Below are positions 18,021 to 27,037 of a stretch of DNA of 64,000 bases, in pieces (position 1 is the stretch's first letter; every line of letters starts with the position of its first letter). The notes below the pieces were generated by a model. That model had not been told where the DNA came from. It saw only the letters and a list, made by a program, of their open reading frames with translations, and did no database searches. Source of the DNA: an uncultured Fibrobacteria bacterium (GTDB taxonomy: Bacteria; Fibrobacterota; Fibrobacteria; UBA11236); NCBI GenBank assembly GCA_963716395.1, contig OY970309.1, positions 2,784,001 to 2,848,000 of the forward strand, read 5' to 3'. The position numbers and the translations under genes were made by a program.

Positions 18021-20024
18021 ATGGCAAAGATCCGGATCTTACACTTGGAGGACGACGTTTTGTTTTCCAAAATGATCCAATACATGCTGGAAGAAAACGG
18101 CATGAACTGCCAGGTGCTGAGCGTTGAGAACAAAAGCGAATTTGAAGAAGCTTTGGGGTCCAACAGCTTCGATTTGATTCTTTCCGATCACACCCTGCCC
18201 GATTTCGACGGCTTGTCGGCCTTGAAATATTGCCGCCAGCGAGCCACCCAGACGCCCTTCATCTTCGTGTCCGGAACTTTGGGCGAGGACCTGGCCATTC
18301 AAAGCCTGCAAAAAGGCGCGGCGGATTACGTGTTGAAATCCAATATGTCGCGTTTTATTCCGGCCGTGAAGCGCACGCTCGACGTGGCGCGGGAGGCGCA
18401 GGAACTGCGGCATGCACAAGAGCGCATTCGCCATTATGAATTCAATTTGCGCGCGCTCATCGAGAATACTTCCGACGCGGTTTTTTCGCTGAACGTCGAG
18501 TTCAAGGTGCTGGCTTTCAATTCGGCGGCCAGCCTCCTGCTGCTGAAACTGTCGGGGAATCCGATGGAGCTCGGCGATGACTTCCTCGAGCACTTGTTTC
18601 CCCATGAGCGCGCCTATTGGCGCGCGGCCATGCAGCGCGCCTTGAAACGCGAACGGGGCGTGGACCAGCGTGAAATCCTCTGGCGCGGCGGCCGTGCTGT
18701 GCTGGAAATATCCTATAGCCACATCGCGGGGGATCACGAGGCCATGGGCTTGGCGGTTTTTTGCCGCGATGTGACCGGCTGCAACCGGGTATTGGAAGAA
18801 CGCGAACGGTTTTTCGCTTTATTACCGGATTTGTTCTGCATTTTGGGTTCCGGCGGAGTCATTCAGCAGGTGAATCCCGCCGGGGAACGCATTCTCGGGT
18901 ATTCCCAAGCCGAACTCCTGTCCCGGCCCATCACCGATTTCATCCATCCGGAAGACTTGGAAATCGCGACGCGGGCTTTCGAAAGAATGGCCCAATCGGG
19001 CCGGGTGGAAAACTTCGAAAGCCGTTGCCGCAGCGCGGACGGCAGCTACCGGTGGTTTTCCTGGACCGCGCTGTCGCAGACGCAATTCGATTTGATCTAC
19101 GCCGTGATGCGGGACGTGACCGAGTGGAAGTCGGTCGAGGAGGCATTGGAGTGCGGCCGGGAAGCCGGGCGTTCCGCGGTCCGCAATTCGGCGCCGCTGA
19201 ACATTCTGGTGGCCGAAGACAATCGTATCAATCAAATGGTGCTGCTTTGTCTGCTGGAGAAATTGGGGTATAACGCCGAAGTGGCGGTCAACGGCAAGCA
19301 GGCCTGTAGCCTCTGCAGTGAAAAAGAGTATGACCTAATCTTCATGGATTGCCAGATGCCGGAAATGGACGGGTATGATGCGACCCGCGAGATCCGGAAA
19401 ATTCGGGTGGATGCGCCAAAACGGCCCTGGATTGTGGCTATGACCGCCGACGCCTTAAGGGGCACCAAGGAAAATTGCCTGGCTGCGGGCATGGACAGCT
19501 ATCTCTCCAAACCCGTGATGCTGGCTTCGTTGCGCGAAGCGTTGGAAGATGCGCGCCAGCGGCAGGCCGCTGCGTGGAAAGAAGCACCCGGGTTCCGGGC
19601 TGGCCGTGAACAAGGCGGCATCGATCTCGGAATCGTGAATCGGTTGCGCTCCGAAGGCGATAAGGGCGATAACCGTTCTTTTCGCGAAATGATCGGGGAG
19701 TTTCTACGCCAGGCCTCGGAGCAAATCGTCGATTTGGCCGTACACTTCAAACATCGTGAATTTTCCCAGTTGGCCAAGGCGGCCCATGTACTCAAGGGAT
19801 TGTGCGCCAATTTTGGAGCGCTCGGTTTGGCGCGCGAATGCGACGCCCTGCAGCGTTATGCCGAAAATGAAGAGGCTCCTTGGATTCCCGGAATTCTGAC
19901 GCGGCTGCGGCAAAGCCTCGCTCAGGCTCGTAGCGTTTATTTCCACGAGGCGGCCTCGGGTTACGAAAACACAAGTCCCGAATCCGGTTCGCCTTCTGCG
20001 CCGAACGGCGAATCCAACGTCTGA
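18021..20024 (+). CDS. REC-PAS-PAS-REC-HPt signalling protein with no HisKA/HATPase core
   Basis: ILHLEDD..LSDHTLP; two PAS; ILVAEDNRINQ..FMDCQMPEMDG; AAHVLKG HPt motif; no H, N or G boxes. Confidence 0.88.
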   Translation: MAKIRILHLEDDVLFSKMIQYMLEENGMNCQVLSVENKSEFEEALGSNSFDLILSDHTLPDFDGLSALKYCRQRATQTPFIFVSGTLGEDLAIQSLQKGAADYVLKSNMSRFIPAVKRTLDVAREAQELRHAQERIRHYEFNLRALIENTSDAVFSLNVEFKVLAFNSAASLLLLKLSGNPMELGDDFLEHLFPHERAYWRAAMQRALKRERGVDQREILWRGGRAVLEISYSHIAGDHEAMGLAVFCRDVTGCNRVLEERERFFALLPDLFCILGSGGVIQQVNPAGERILGYSQAELLSRPITDFIHPEDLEIATRAFERMAQSGRVENFESRCRSADGSYRWFSWTALSQTQFDLIYAVMRDVTEWKSVEEALECGREAGRSAVRNSAPLNILVAEDNRINQMVLLCLLEKLGYNAEVAVNGKQACSLCSEKEYDLIFMDCQMPEMDGYDATREIRKIRVDAPKRPWIVAMTADALRGTKENCLAAGMDSYLSKPVMLASLREALEDARQRQAAAWKEAPGFRAGREQGGIDLGIVNRLRSEGDKGDNRSFREMIGEFLRQASEQIVDLAVHFKHREFSQLAKAAHVLKGLCANFGALGLARECDALQRYAENEEAPWIPGILTRLRQSLAQARSVYFHEAASGYENTSPESGSPSAPNGESNV

Positions 20025-20037
20025 ACCTTCGGGTGTT

Positions 20038-21129
20038 TCATCGGTAGGTATGCGGCGCCCCGCCGCTTCGCAACCATTCGTTGATGTCTTTGCCCGCCGG
20101 AATGGCGAGACGATGGGCCGTGACGCCGGCATCGGCCAGCAAGGCGATGGATTTGGCGGCGCCGGCTTCGCCCGCCGCGTCGGCGTCGAAGGCCACGAAA
20201 ACGGATTTGTTGCGGAACAGTCGGCACCAGGCGGGCTTGAAATTCGCCGCGCCCGGAATTCCCACGGCCGCGAAGCCGGCTTCGAGCAAGGTTAAGGTGT
20301 CGATCACGCCTTCGCACAGATAGAGATGGCCCGGCTCGCCGTCGAGCAATGCCGCGTTGTAAGGGCAGGGAATGGGTCCGGCTAGGGAAAGCTCTTTGGG
20401 CTTGATCTCGGCTTCCAGCGCGCGCGCTTGCAGATAAACCGGTGCGCCTTCGGCGTCGAAGTAAGGCAGCAGCAGCGGGTGGCGGTAAAAACGCAAATGG
20501 CCCTCGGCATTGAACAATCCTCCCGCCCGCAAGGCTTCCGGCGAAAAATGTTGCGTCAGGTGGTCGCTGATCGCGGCATAATCGTCGACCACGCGCAAGC
20601 GCTGGGCCGTCCAGGTTTTTTGAAAAATGCGGCGCGAACGCAGCCAGGCTGCGGCCTTGCCGGAGACGGGCCGGCAGCCGTGGAGTAACGCCTGTAAGAC
20701 TTCCCGCCGATTCCTATCGTCGTCGTCGCTCCACTCGGGCGGGCGCGGTGGTGGCGGGACAATGCGGGAGGGGAAGAGATCGGTTTGGGAGCGCGGCGTA
20801 TGCGATCCCCGCGCGGCATGGGGCGCGGCAACCGCCCCGCCGCGGGCGCGGAGAAATTCCACGGCTGGCAGAAAACCGCAACCGCGCATGCGACGCACCA
20901 AATCGATGACGTCGCCTTTGACATCCGGGCATACCCAGCATTTGAACGTGCCGCGCTCCGGCCAAATCGTCACCGAAGGCGTACGGTCGCCATGCGCATG
21001 CCGCTCGGGCGCGGGGCAGCGAAAGCGGTTGTACCGCACGTCGAGGCCCAACTCCCGCGCCACGTCGAGAATCGGATGGGCGGCTTTCAGCGCCTCGATG
21101 GTCTCGGAGTTCCGGTCCGCCATGGCCAT
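20038..21129 (-). CDS. Primase-like protein (CHC2-type zinc finger + TOPRIM)
   Basis: CPxxxxHxxxDxTPS..FKCWVC..GDVIDL; LCEGVID and AFDADAAG TOPRIM motifs. Confidence 0.85.
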   Translation of the reverse strand: MAMADRNSETIEALKAAHPILDVARELGLDVRYNRFRCPAPERHAHGDRTPSVTIWPERGTFKCWVCPDVKGDVIDLVRRMRGCGFLPAVEFLRARGGAVAAPHAARGSHTPRSQTDLFPSRIVPPPPRPPEWSDDDDRNRREVLQALLHGCRPVSGKAAAWLRSRRIFQKTWTAQRLRVVDDYAAISDHLTQHFSPEALRAGGLFNAEGHLRFYRHPLLLPYFDAEGAPVYLQARALEAEIKPKELSLAGPIPCPYNAALLDGEPGHLYLCEGVIDTLTLLEAGFAAVGIPGAANFKPAWCRLFRNKSVFVAFDADAAGEAGAAKSIALLADAGVTAHRLAIPAGKDINEWLRSGGAPHTYR

Positions 21130-21190
21130 AAGTTAAATGGGCGCGCCTTTCGTCCGCTTCGGCACCCATGGGCATGGGTATCTTTGCCCC

Positions 21191-22081
21191 ATGGATGTGG
21201 AAATTCGCCCCGAGGTGCCGCTGGCGCCCTTGCTTTCTTTTCACGTCGGCGGTCCGGCGCGGTTTTTCTGCGCGCCGCATGATGTCGAACAATGCGCCGC
21301 GGCCTTGCGGCAGGCGACAGAGCATCGCTGGCCCGTGTTCGTGTTGGGCAAAGGCACCAATGTGGTTTTTGCCGATGCGGGGTTTGACGGTTTGGTGCTG
21401 TACACCGGCGAGTTCACCGACATCGCGTCGAACGGCTCCACCGTCACCGCTGCCTGCGGCGCGGCCTTGATGGACGTGGTGACCCAGTCGGTGGATCGCG
21501 GGTGGGCGGGCCTGCAAAACCTGGCCGGTATTCCCGGCACGGTGGGCGGCGGCACCTTCATCAATGCCGGCGCTTTCGATCAGGAGTTCAAAGACGTGGT
21601 GACTGCGGTCGAGTCGCTGCGGCCGGACGGAACACCGGTGTTACGCTCGAATTCCGCGTGCGGTTTCGGCTACCGCCGGTCGGTGTTTTCCACCGTTCCG
21701 GAGTTGATCGTGCGTACCACGTTTTTGCTGCGCGCTGGTGATGCATCGGCCCTGCGGCAGGAAATGGAAGCCACTTTGGACAAGCGGGCGGCCCGACAAC
21801 CCCTGGACTTTCCCAATGCCGGCAGTATGTTCAAGCGCCCGCCGGGAGGTTATGCCGGGGCTTTAATCGAAGCCGCGGGACTCAAGGGCTTGCGCCGGGG
21901 CGGGGCGGGCATTTCCGCAAAGCACGCCAACTTCACCGTGAATCTGGGCAACGCCACGGCCCAGGACATCTGGGATTTGACCAGCGAAGTTATCGGCCGG
22001 GTGCGCGCTCATAGCGGGGTCACCTTGGAGCGCGAGGTGATTTTTGTGGGAAAGTTTCAGCCATGGCCGAGATCAGCGTAG
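21191..22081 (+). CDS. murB: UDP-N-acetylenolpyruvoylglucosamine reductase MurB
   Basis: VGGPA, LGKGTN, GIPGTVGG..NAGA, GYRRS, NAGSMFKRP, KHANF. Confidence 0.96.
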   Translation: MDVEIRPEVPLAPLLSFHVGGPARFFCAPHDVEQCAAALRQATEHRWPVFVLGKGTNVVFADAGFDGLVLYTGEFTDIASNGSTVTAACGAALMDVVTQSVDRGWAGLQNLAGIPGTVGGGTFINAGAFDQEFKDVVTAVESLRPDGTPVLRSNSACGFGYRRSVFSTVPELIVRTTFLLRAGDASALRQEMEATLDKRAARQPLDFPNAGSMFKRPPGGYAGALIEAAGLKGLRRGGAGISAKHANFTVNLGNATAQDIWDLTSEVIGRVRAHSGVTLEREVIFVGKFQPWPRSA

Positions 22082-22908
22082 TCATACCCGTGCACAACCG
22101 CGCCGATCGGCTGCCGCGCGCCGTAGCGTCGGTGTTGGAACAGACCGGACCGGCGCTGGAGTTGGTCGTGGTCGACGACGGGTCTGAAGACGACGTGAGT
22201 CAATCCCTGGCGCCGTTTGCGCGCGATGCGCGGCTGCGCCTGCTGCGGGTTGAACACGGCGGCGTCAGCCGGGCCCGCAACCTGGGCGTGGCCGCGGGCC
22301 GCGCGCCGCTCTTGGCATTTCTCGACTCGGATGATTATTGGCTGCCGGGAAAATTGCGGGCGCAGGTGGCGGAGCTTGAAGCCGGAGGCGGCGCCATCAA
22401 TCAAACCGAGGAAATCTGGATTCGAAACGGCCGGCGCGTCAACCCGCCGCAACATGCCATTAAGCGCGCCGGCGATCTGTTTTTGGCCTCGCTGGCGCAT
22501 TGTCTGATTACCCCCTCGTCGGTGCTCATGACCCGGGCCTTGTTCGATGCCTGCGGGGGCTTTGACGAAAGCCTGCCGGCCTGCGAAGACTACGATTTAT
22601 GGTTGCGGGTATGCACCCGTCATTTCGTGGGCCTGGTCGCCCAACCGCTGCTGGTGCGCGTCGGAGGACATGCCGATCAATTGAGCGCCCGCACTCCGGT
22701 GCTGGATCGCTTTCGGGTGGCGGCCCTGGACAAATGGTTGCAGGCCAACCCCGGCGAAGCGCGCACCGACGCGGTGCGCGAAGTGTTGCACAACAAGCTG
22801 CGGATTTTGGAAAACGGTTATGCGAAAAGGGGGAATGCTGAGGGAAACAGGTTCTGTCGCTCTGTGGCGTCGCGCTATCTCGCGAACGACCCGGCTAGAG
22901 CGGTTTAA
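22063..22908 (+). CDS. Glycosyltransferase family 2
   Basis: ISVVIPVHNR, VVDDGS, GVSRARN, FLDSDD, CEDYDLW. Confidence 0.93.
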   Translation: MAEISVVIPVHNRADRLPRAVASVLEQTGPALELVVVDDGSEDDVSQSLAPFARDARLRLLRVEHGGVSRARNLGVAAGRAPLLAFLDSDDYWLPGKLRAQVAELEAGGGAINQTEEIWIRNGRRVNPPQHAIKRAGDLFLASLAHCLITPSSVLMTRALFDACGGFDESLPACEDYDLWLRVCTRHFVGLVAQPLLVRVGGHADQLSARTPVLDRFRVAALDKWLQANPGEARTDAVREVLHNKLRILENGYAKRGNAEGNRFCRSVASRYLANDPARAV

Positions 22909-23158
22909 AACCCATTTCCTCGGCCGCCACTCCGTCTTTGCGTCGATCCAATTTGGTGATGGCCCAATTCCCTTGGCGCCGCACGCATTGGATCACCAAG
23001 CCCCGAAAAGGCGGCGGGTCGATGGCGCCGCCCCAATGAAAACGGCGTCCCTCCCATTCCGGTTCCGGAATTCCCGCCGCACGTAAATGTTTTTCCGCCA
23101 ACGCCACCAAGTCGGCGGGCTGAAAATGGGAACATTGACCGGCTTCTTCGGAAGACAT
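22895..23158 (-). CDS. Small hypothetical protein
   Basis: Fills the gap between the GT2 and DinB genes; protein-like composition; no family recognised. Confidence 0.5.
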   Translation of the reverse strand: MSSEEAGQCSHFQPADLVALAEKHLRAAGIPEPEWEGRRFHWGGAIDPPPFRGLVIQCVRRQGNWAITKLDRRKDGVAAEEMGFKPL

Positions 23159-23224
23159 ACGCAAGATAAGGTAGCGACTTCGCTGAGGCCGTAATCTCGG
23201 GCGGCAAAATCTTATTTTCCGTCC

Positions 23225-23740
23225 ATGTCCGAAGCCCCTTTGGCATGGGAAGGCTCCTATTTGAAGAAATATGTCGATCGCAACGGTGTCGGGGATATCC
23301 CCGTTTCATTGGCGCCGCACTTCGAATCCGTGCTGTCTTTTCTGCGCGGGTTGCCCGCCAGCCGGGCCGGTTTTGCCTACGCCGAAGGCAAATGGTCGGT
23401 GCGCCAAGTCGCGGGGCATGTGGTGGACGCCCAGGTGATCTTCGCCTATCGCGCTCTGTGCATCGGGCGTGGCGAAAGCATAAGCCTGCCGGGTTTTGAT
23501 GAGAACGCGTATGCTCTGCACTGGCGGGACGAAGGAATATCGTTGGAGCAAATCGGGGATCTCTACGCGGCGCAAGCACAAGCCATTACTCTGCAGACCG
23601 CAGTGCTGCGTCCGGAGGATTGGCGGCGGGCAGGCATTGCCAACAGAATCCAAGTCACGCCGGCGGTGATTTTTCGCGCCTTGATCGGCCATGAACGGCA
23701 TCACCTGAACATGTTGCGCGAGCGCTATGGTTTGGGATGA
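23225..23740 (+). CDS. DinB/YfiT family protein
   Basis: YAEGKWSVRQVAGHVVD, LPGFDEN, GHERHH metal-binding histidines. Confidence 0.88.
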   Translation: MSEAPLAWEGSYLKKYVDRNGVGDIPVSLAPHFESVLSFLRGLPASRAGFAYAEGKWSVRQVAGHVVDAQVIFAYRALCIGRGESISLPGFDENAYALHWRDEGISLEQIGDLYAAQAQAITLQTAVLRPEDWRRAGIANRIQVTPAVIFRALIGHERHHLNMLRERYGLG

Positions 23741-23926
23741 TCCGGGTTTTCGCCGCGAGCGGCGGGGAACTTGACACGTCGGCGGGCCGGAGAGCGTATC
23801 GGCTTCTGCGCCGCAATGGCGAAGAAATTCGACCGGGCACGTCAATCCGTAAGCGCCAAATAAATCGCCCGAAATCCCGGTTGCCGCGTTTCCTTGATAT
23901 TTTTCAGCGCCATGCCCGTGAATTTG

Positions 23927-25198
23927 ATGCGCATCGTGACCCTGAAAAACCTGCGCCATCCCGAGGTCAATCGACTGCTGCAGCGCGAACCCAGCCCTTC
24001 GCCGGCCGTGCGCAAAACCGTACTGGATATTTTGCGGCGGGTGCGGGAACAGGGCCATGCCGCGGCACTGGAATTGGCCCGGAAATACGACGGACTCCAG
24101 GGTAACCTGCGGGTTTCCGACGCCGAGTTGCGGCGCAGCGCGGACCAAACCCCGCGCCCCGTGCGCGCCGCCATCCGCCGCGCCATCGCCAATGTGCGTC
24201 GCTTCCACCTCCGCCAGCGCGAAACCTCGTGGCAATTGCGCGGCCGTTACGGCGAAACCTTGGGTCAAATCATTCGCCCTCTCGATCGCGTGGGCCTGTA
24301 TGTTCCCGGCGGGGCGGGCGTTTACCCTTCCACCGTGATCATGAACGCCGTGCCGGCGCGGGTGGCGGGCGTTCCCGATCTCGTCATGGTCACGCCTTGC
24401 CCCCGGGGCTTGCCCCCGGCCGTGGCCTTTGCGGCCGCCGAACTCGGCATCGGCGAGATTTATAAAATCGGCGGCGCCCAGGCCGTGGCGCTGCTGGCCT
24501 ATGGAACTTCGCGGGTGCGCCGGGTCGACAAAATCGTGGGCCCCGGCAATGTCTTCGCGGCCCTGGCCAAAAAAGAGGTTTTCGGCACGGTGGATATCGA
24601 CATGGTGGCCGGGCCTTCGGAAATTCTGGTGTTGTTCGACGGAAGCGTCGATCCGGATTGGGTGGCGGTCGACCTGCTTTCGCAGGCCGAGCACGGCTCG
24701 GGTTATGAAGCCGTGATAGGAGTCACGACTTCGGCTTCAGCGGCGCGGCGGGTGGCGGACGCCGTCGCGGCCCAAACCGCGGCGTCGCCCAAGCGCGCCC
24801 TGATCACCAAGGCCTTGCGTCGTTACGGCCGCCTGTTCGTGCTGCCCGATTGGGAGCAGGGCTGCGATTTGGCCAATGCCCTGGCGCCCGAGCATGTCGA
24901 AGTGATGACGGCTTCTCCGCGCCGGCGGCTGCCGCGCCTGCGCAATGCCGGTGCCGTTTTTCTGGGCCCGTATTCTTCCGAGCCGGTGGGGGATTACCTG
25001 GCCGGCCCCAACCATGTCTTGCCCACCAACGGGTCGGCCCGGTTTTTTTCGCCCCTTGGGGTCTATGATTTTTACAAGCGCATGAGTTTAATCGAATATA
25101 CCGAGCGCGGCTTGGCCGCCGAAGGCTCTTTGATGGTGGCCTTGGCCGAAGCCGAAGGCTTCATCCATCATGCCGCGGCGGTGCGCAAGCGGCTTTAG
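23927..25198 (+). CDS. hisD: Histidinol dehydrogenase
   Basis: GLYVPGG, YPSTVIM, GGAQA, VGPGN, IDMVAGPSE, QAEH, APEH, GDYLAGPNHVLPT; start could be 23912. Confidence 0.97.
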   Translation: MRIVTLKNLRHPEVNRLLQREPSPSPAVRKTVLDILRRVREQGHAAALELARKYDGLQGNLRVSDAELRRSADQTPRPVRAAIRRAIANVRRFHLRQRETSWQLRGRYGETLGQIIRPLDRVGLYVPGGAGVYPSTVIMNAVPARVAGVPDLVMVTPCPRGLPPAVAFAAAELGIGEIYKIGGAQAVALLAYGTSRVRRVDKIVGPGNVFAALAKKEVFGTVDIDMVAGPSEILVLFDGSVDPDWVAVDLLSQAEHGSGYEAVIGVTTSASAARRVADAVAAQTAASPKRALITKALRRYGRLFVLPDWEQGCDLANALAPEHVEVMTASPRRRLPRLRNAGAVFLGPYSSEPVGDYLAGPNHVLPTNGSARFFSPLGVYDFYKRMSLIEYTERGLAAEGSLMVALAEAEGFIHHAAAVRKRL

Positions 25199-25200
25199 CA

Positions 25201-27003
25201 CTAATTCATGGTGCCGTAATCGCGGCTCCAACTGGACTTGGGTTGGCTGGGCAGATTGGTCAAGGGAAGGTTGGTGACAATTTTTACATGCGAATCGACG
25301 GTGTGTCTTTCGCAGGAAAATGCGTCCAAAGGGTAGGTTTGCCCGTATTGCAGGCCGCTGAGGGTGTCGAGATTTACATTTCCGGACTCCGCGTTGTGAA
25401 CACCCCCCAAATCAATGACCAATTTGCTGTTGATGAAAACCCAAATGTCGTCGTCTCCGACGAACTGAAAAGTGAGACTGGAAGTATGCCGGAATTTCGA
25501 ATGAAGTTCCATGCAAAAGGAGTAATTATGCGGCGAATTAATACCCGCCCAGTTATAGGGCCCGAGTTCTTCCCCCGTATGGCATGCAGAACAGGTGTCA
25601 AAGCCTTTGTTGTCCATCCAAAAGAATTCATTATTGGTGGCGGAATAGTCGATTTCGTAAACATTTTGCCCTAACGACGGAGTTCGCACGAAGGGCAGGG
25701 AATCAAGCACCACGGCATTTTTAAAGGCCGTATCAGGGTAAGGGGAGGTGTAAATATTGTGGTGAGAAGGGCCGTTATGGCTGGTGGCTTGCTTCGTATT
25801 ACAGTCGTTAATTGAGGAGGCGTAAGTTTGCACGAAACCAATAGTATCCGAAGGTTTGAACCATCTGCCCACGTTGCAGTTGAGAATCGGATGCGGACCC
25901 AGCACCGGTTTAGGTAAAGTGGTCAAACCGAAGTAACTTGCGTTGGTGGCGTCGTAGGAGAAGGTGTCGGCCTGCACCATTCCAGTTCCGTAAAAGGTCG
26001 CTATCGCGCAGCATGTGGGATTTTCAAATTCCGGATTGCTCCCGTCGCTGTGATAGTCATAGAAAATCGCATGTACCCATTGCGTATCCGGAAGCGTTGT
26101 CCCGGACCCCAGCATGGAAATGAGTTGGTCCAAGGGTATTTGGCTGATGGTGTCGTTGCCGTTCGGGTTTTTCTGAAATCCATTGGTATTGATGGCGTAT
26201 TGGTTTAATCCCAAGGAGGTAATCCGGTACTTTACTGGAGTGATTCCCACGGTATAAGTGTTATATGCGCTGAATGTATCGGATGAATATTGACTGACTT
26301 CGGAACCGGCAATCGGCTTATCATCAATCCATTGCGGTCCAGTCCAACCTACATAGCAATAAGTTCCCCCGTTGCCTTGTTTGTGATAGTATTCGAAATA
26401 ATATCGTTTGCCGGATTGCAGAGCTATTGATCCTGATACTCCAGCATGGGCCCAATCCGGTTTCCAAATGGCAAGAGAACAGATGGGGGCTGTGGAAAGA
26501 TGCCCTGTGGTGGAGTCAGTACTGAGATAAAATGAGGACGCATCATCAGAGAGTGTATAAAAAGTATAGCTGCCCGATATCGGCGGTAAAATCCAGCCCG
26601 TCCATTTGTCGCCGAAATAGGAGGAATTCCAGGTTTCACCAATATAATACGAGGAATCGGTTCTGTTTGGCGAATGACCCCCAATCCAAGTTTTGAGTTG
26701 TGCAATGGAGGTATCCGAATGCGATTCGCCGGTCCAAAATTGACCGTAGATTTTTCCCGTATGGGTGGTATCGATGTATTTCATGGCGTTGCCGTTGATG
26801 ATTTCCTGGGCCAGCAAAGTCATTAATCCGTCGGAGGCGCAGAAGGTTTGGATTTTGTGTTTGTAGTTGTAGGCCGTGACGGTAGTCATCTTATTGTTGT
26901 AAAGCGTGCCCACGGCAATGGCGGTTACGCCGAGTATGAGCAGAATGGTGAAGACGAGGACGAAGCCTTGTGATTTTCGAGCGGGAGGGGGCGTAGGTGT
27001 CAT
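25201..27003 (-). CDS. PilX-like minor pilin fused to PA14 and fibro-slime domains (copy B)
   Basis: Prepilin site KSQG|FVLVF with no Glu5; PA14 motif WTGWILPPISGSYTFYTLSDDAS; fibro-slime HNYSFCMELH..GDDDIWVFIN..DLGGVH..CERH. Confidence 0.85.
   Translation of the reverse strand: MTPTPPPARKSQGFVLVFTILLILGVTAIAVGTLYNNKMTTVTAYNYKHKIQTFCASDGLMTLLAQEIINGNAMKYIDTTHTGKIYGQFWTGESHSDTSIAQLKTWIGGHSPNRTDSSYYIGETWNSSYFGDKWTGWILPPISGSYTFYTLSDDASSFYLSTDSTTGHLSTAPICSLAIWKPDWAHAGVSGSIALQSGKRYYFEYYHKQGNGGTYCYVGWTGPQWIDDKPIAGSEVSQYSSDTFSAYNTYTVGITPVKYRITSLGLNQYAINTNGFQKNPNGNDTISQIPLDQLISMLGSGTTLPDTQWVHAIFYDYHSDGSNPEFENPTCCAIATFYGTGMVQADTFSYDATNASYFGLTTLPKPVLGPHPILNCNVGRWFKPSDTIGFVQTYASSINDCNTKQATSHNGPSHHNIYTSPYPDTAFKNAVVLDSLPFVRTPSLGQNVYEIDYSATNNEFFWMDNKGFDTCSACHTGEELGPYNWAGINSPHNYSFCMELHSKFRHTSSLTFQFVGDDDIWVFINSKLVIDLGGVHNAESGNVNLDTLSGLQYGQTYPLDAFSCERHTVDSHVKIVTNLPLTNLPSQPKSSWSRDYGTMN
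25203..25233. repeat. 31-bp direct repeat, 3' end of pilin-lectin copy B
   Basis: aattcatggtgccgtaatcgcggctccaact, identical to 27040-27070. Confidence 0.85.
26299..26969. repeat. About 670-bp near-identical direct repeat, copy 1 (pilin N-terminus + PA14)
   Basis: Aligns by eye with 28229-28902; scattered substitutions and one 3-bp indel. Confidence 0.9.
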
Positions 27004-27037
27004 GACGATGAACCGATTCGGCGCTTTGGGTTTTCCA

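Noticed and set aside
20038-21129. Prophage or ICE around the primase-like gene
   Set aside because: No integrase, structural or conjugation genes, att repeats or compositional shift nearby
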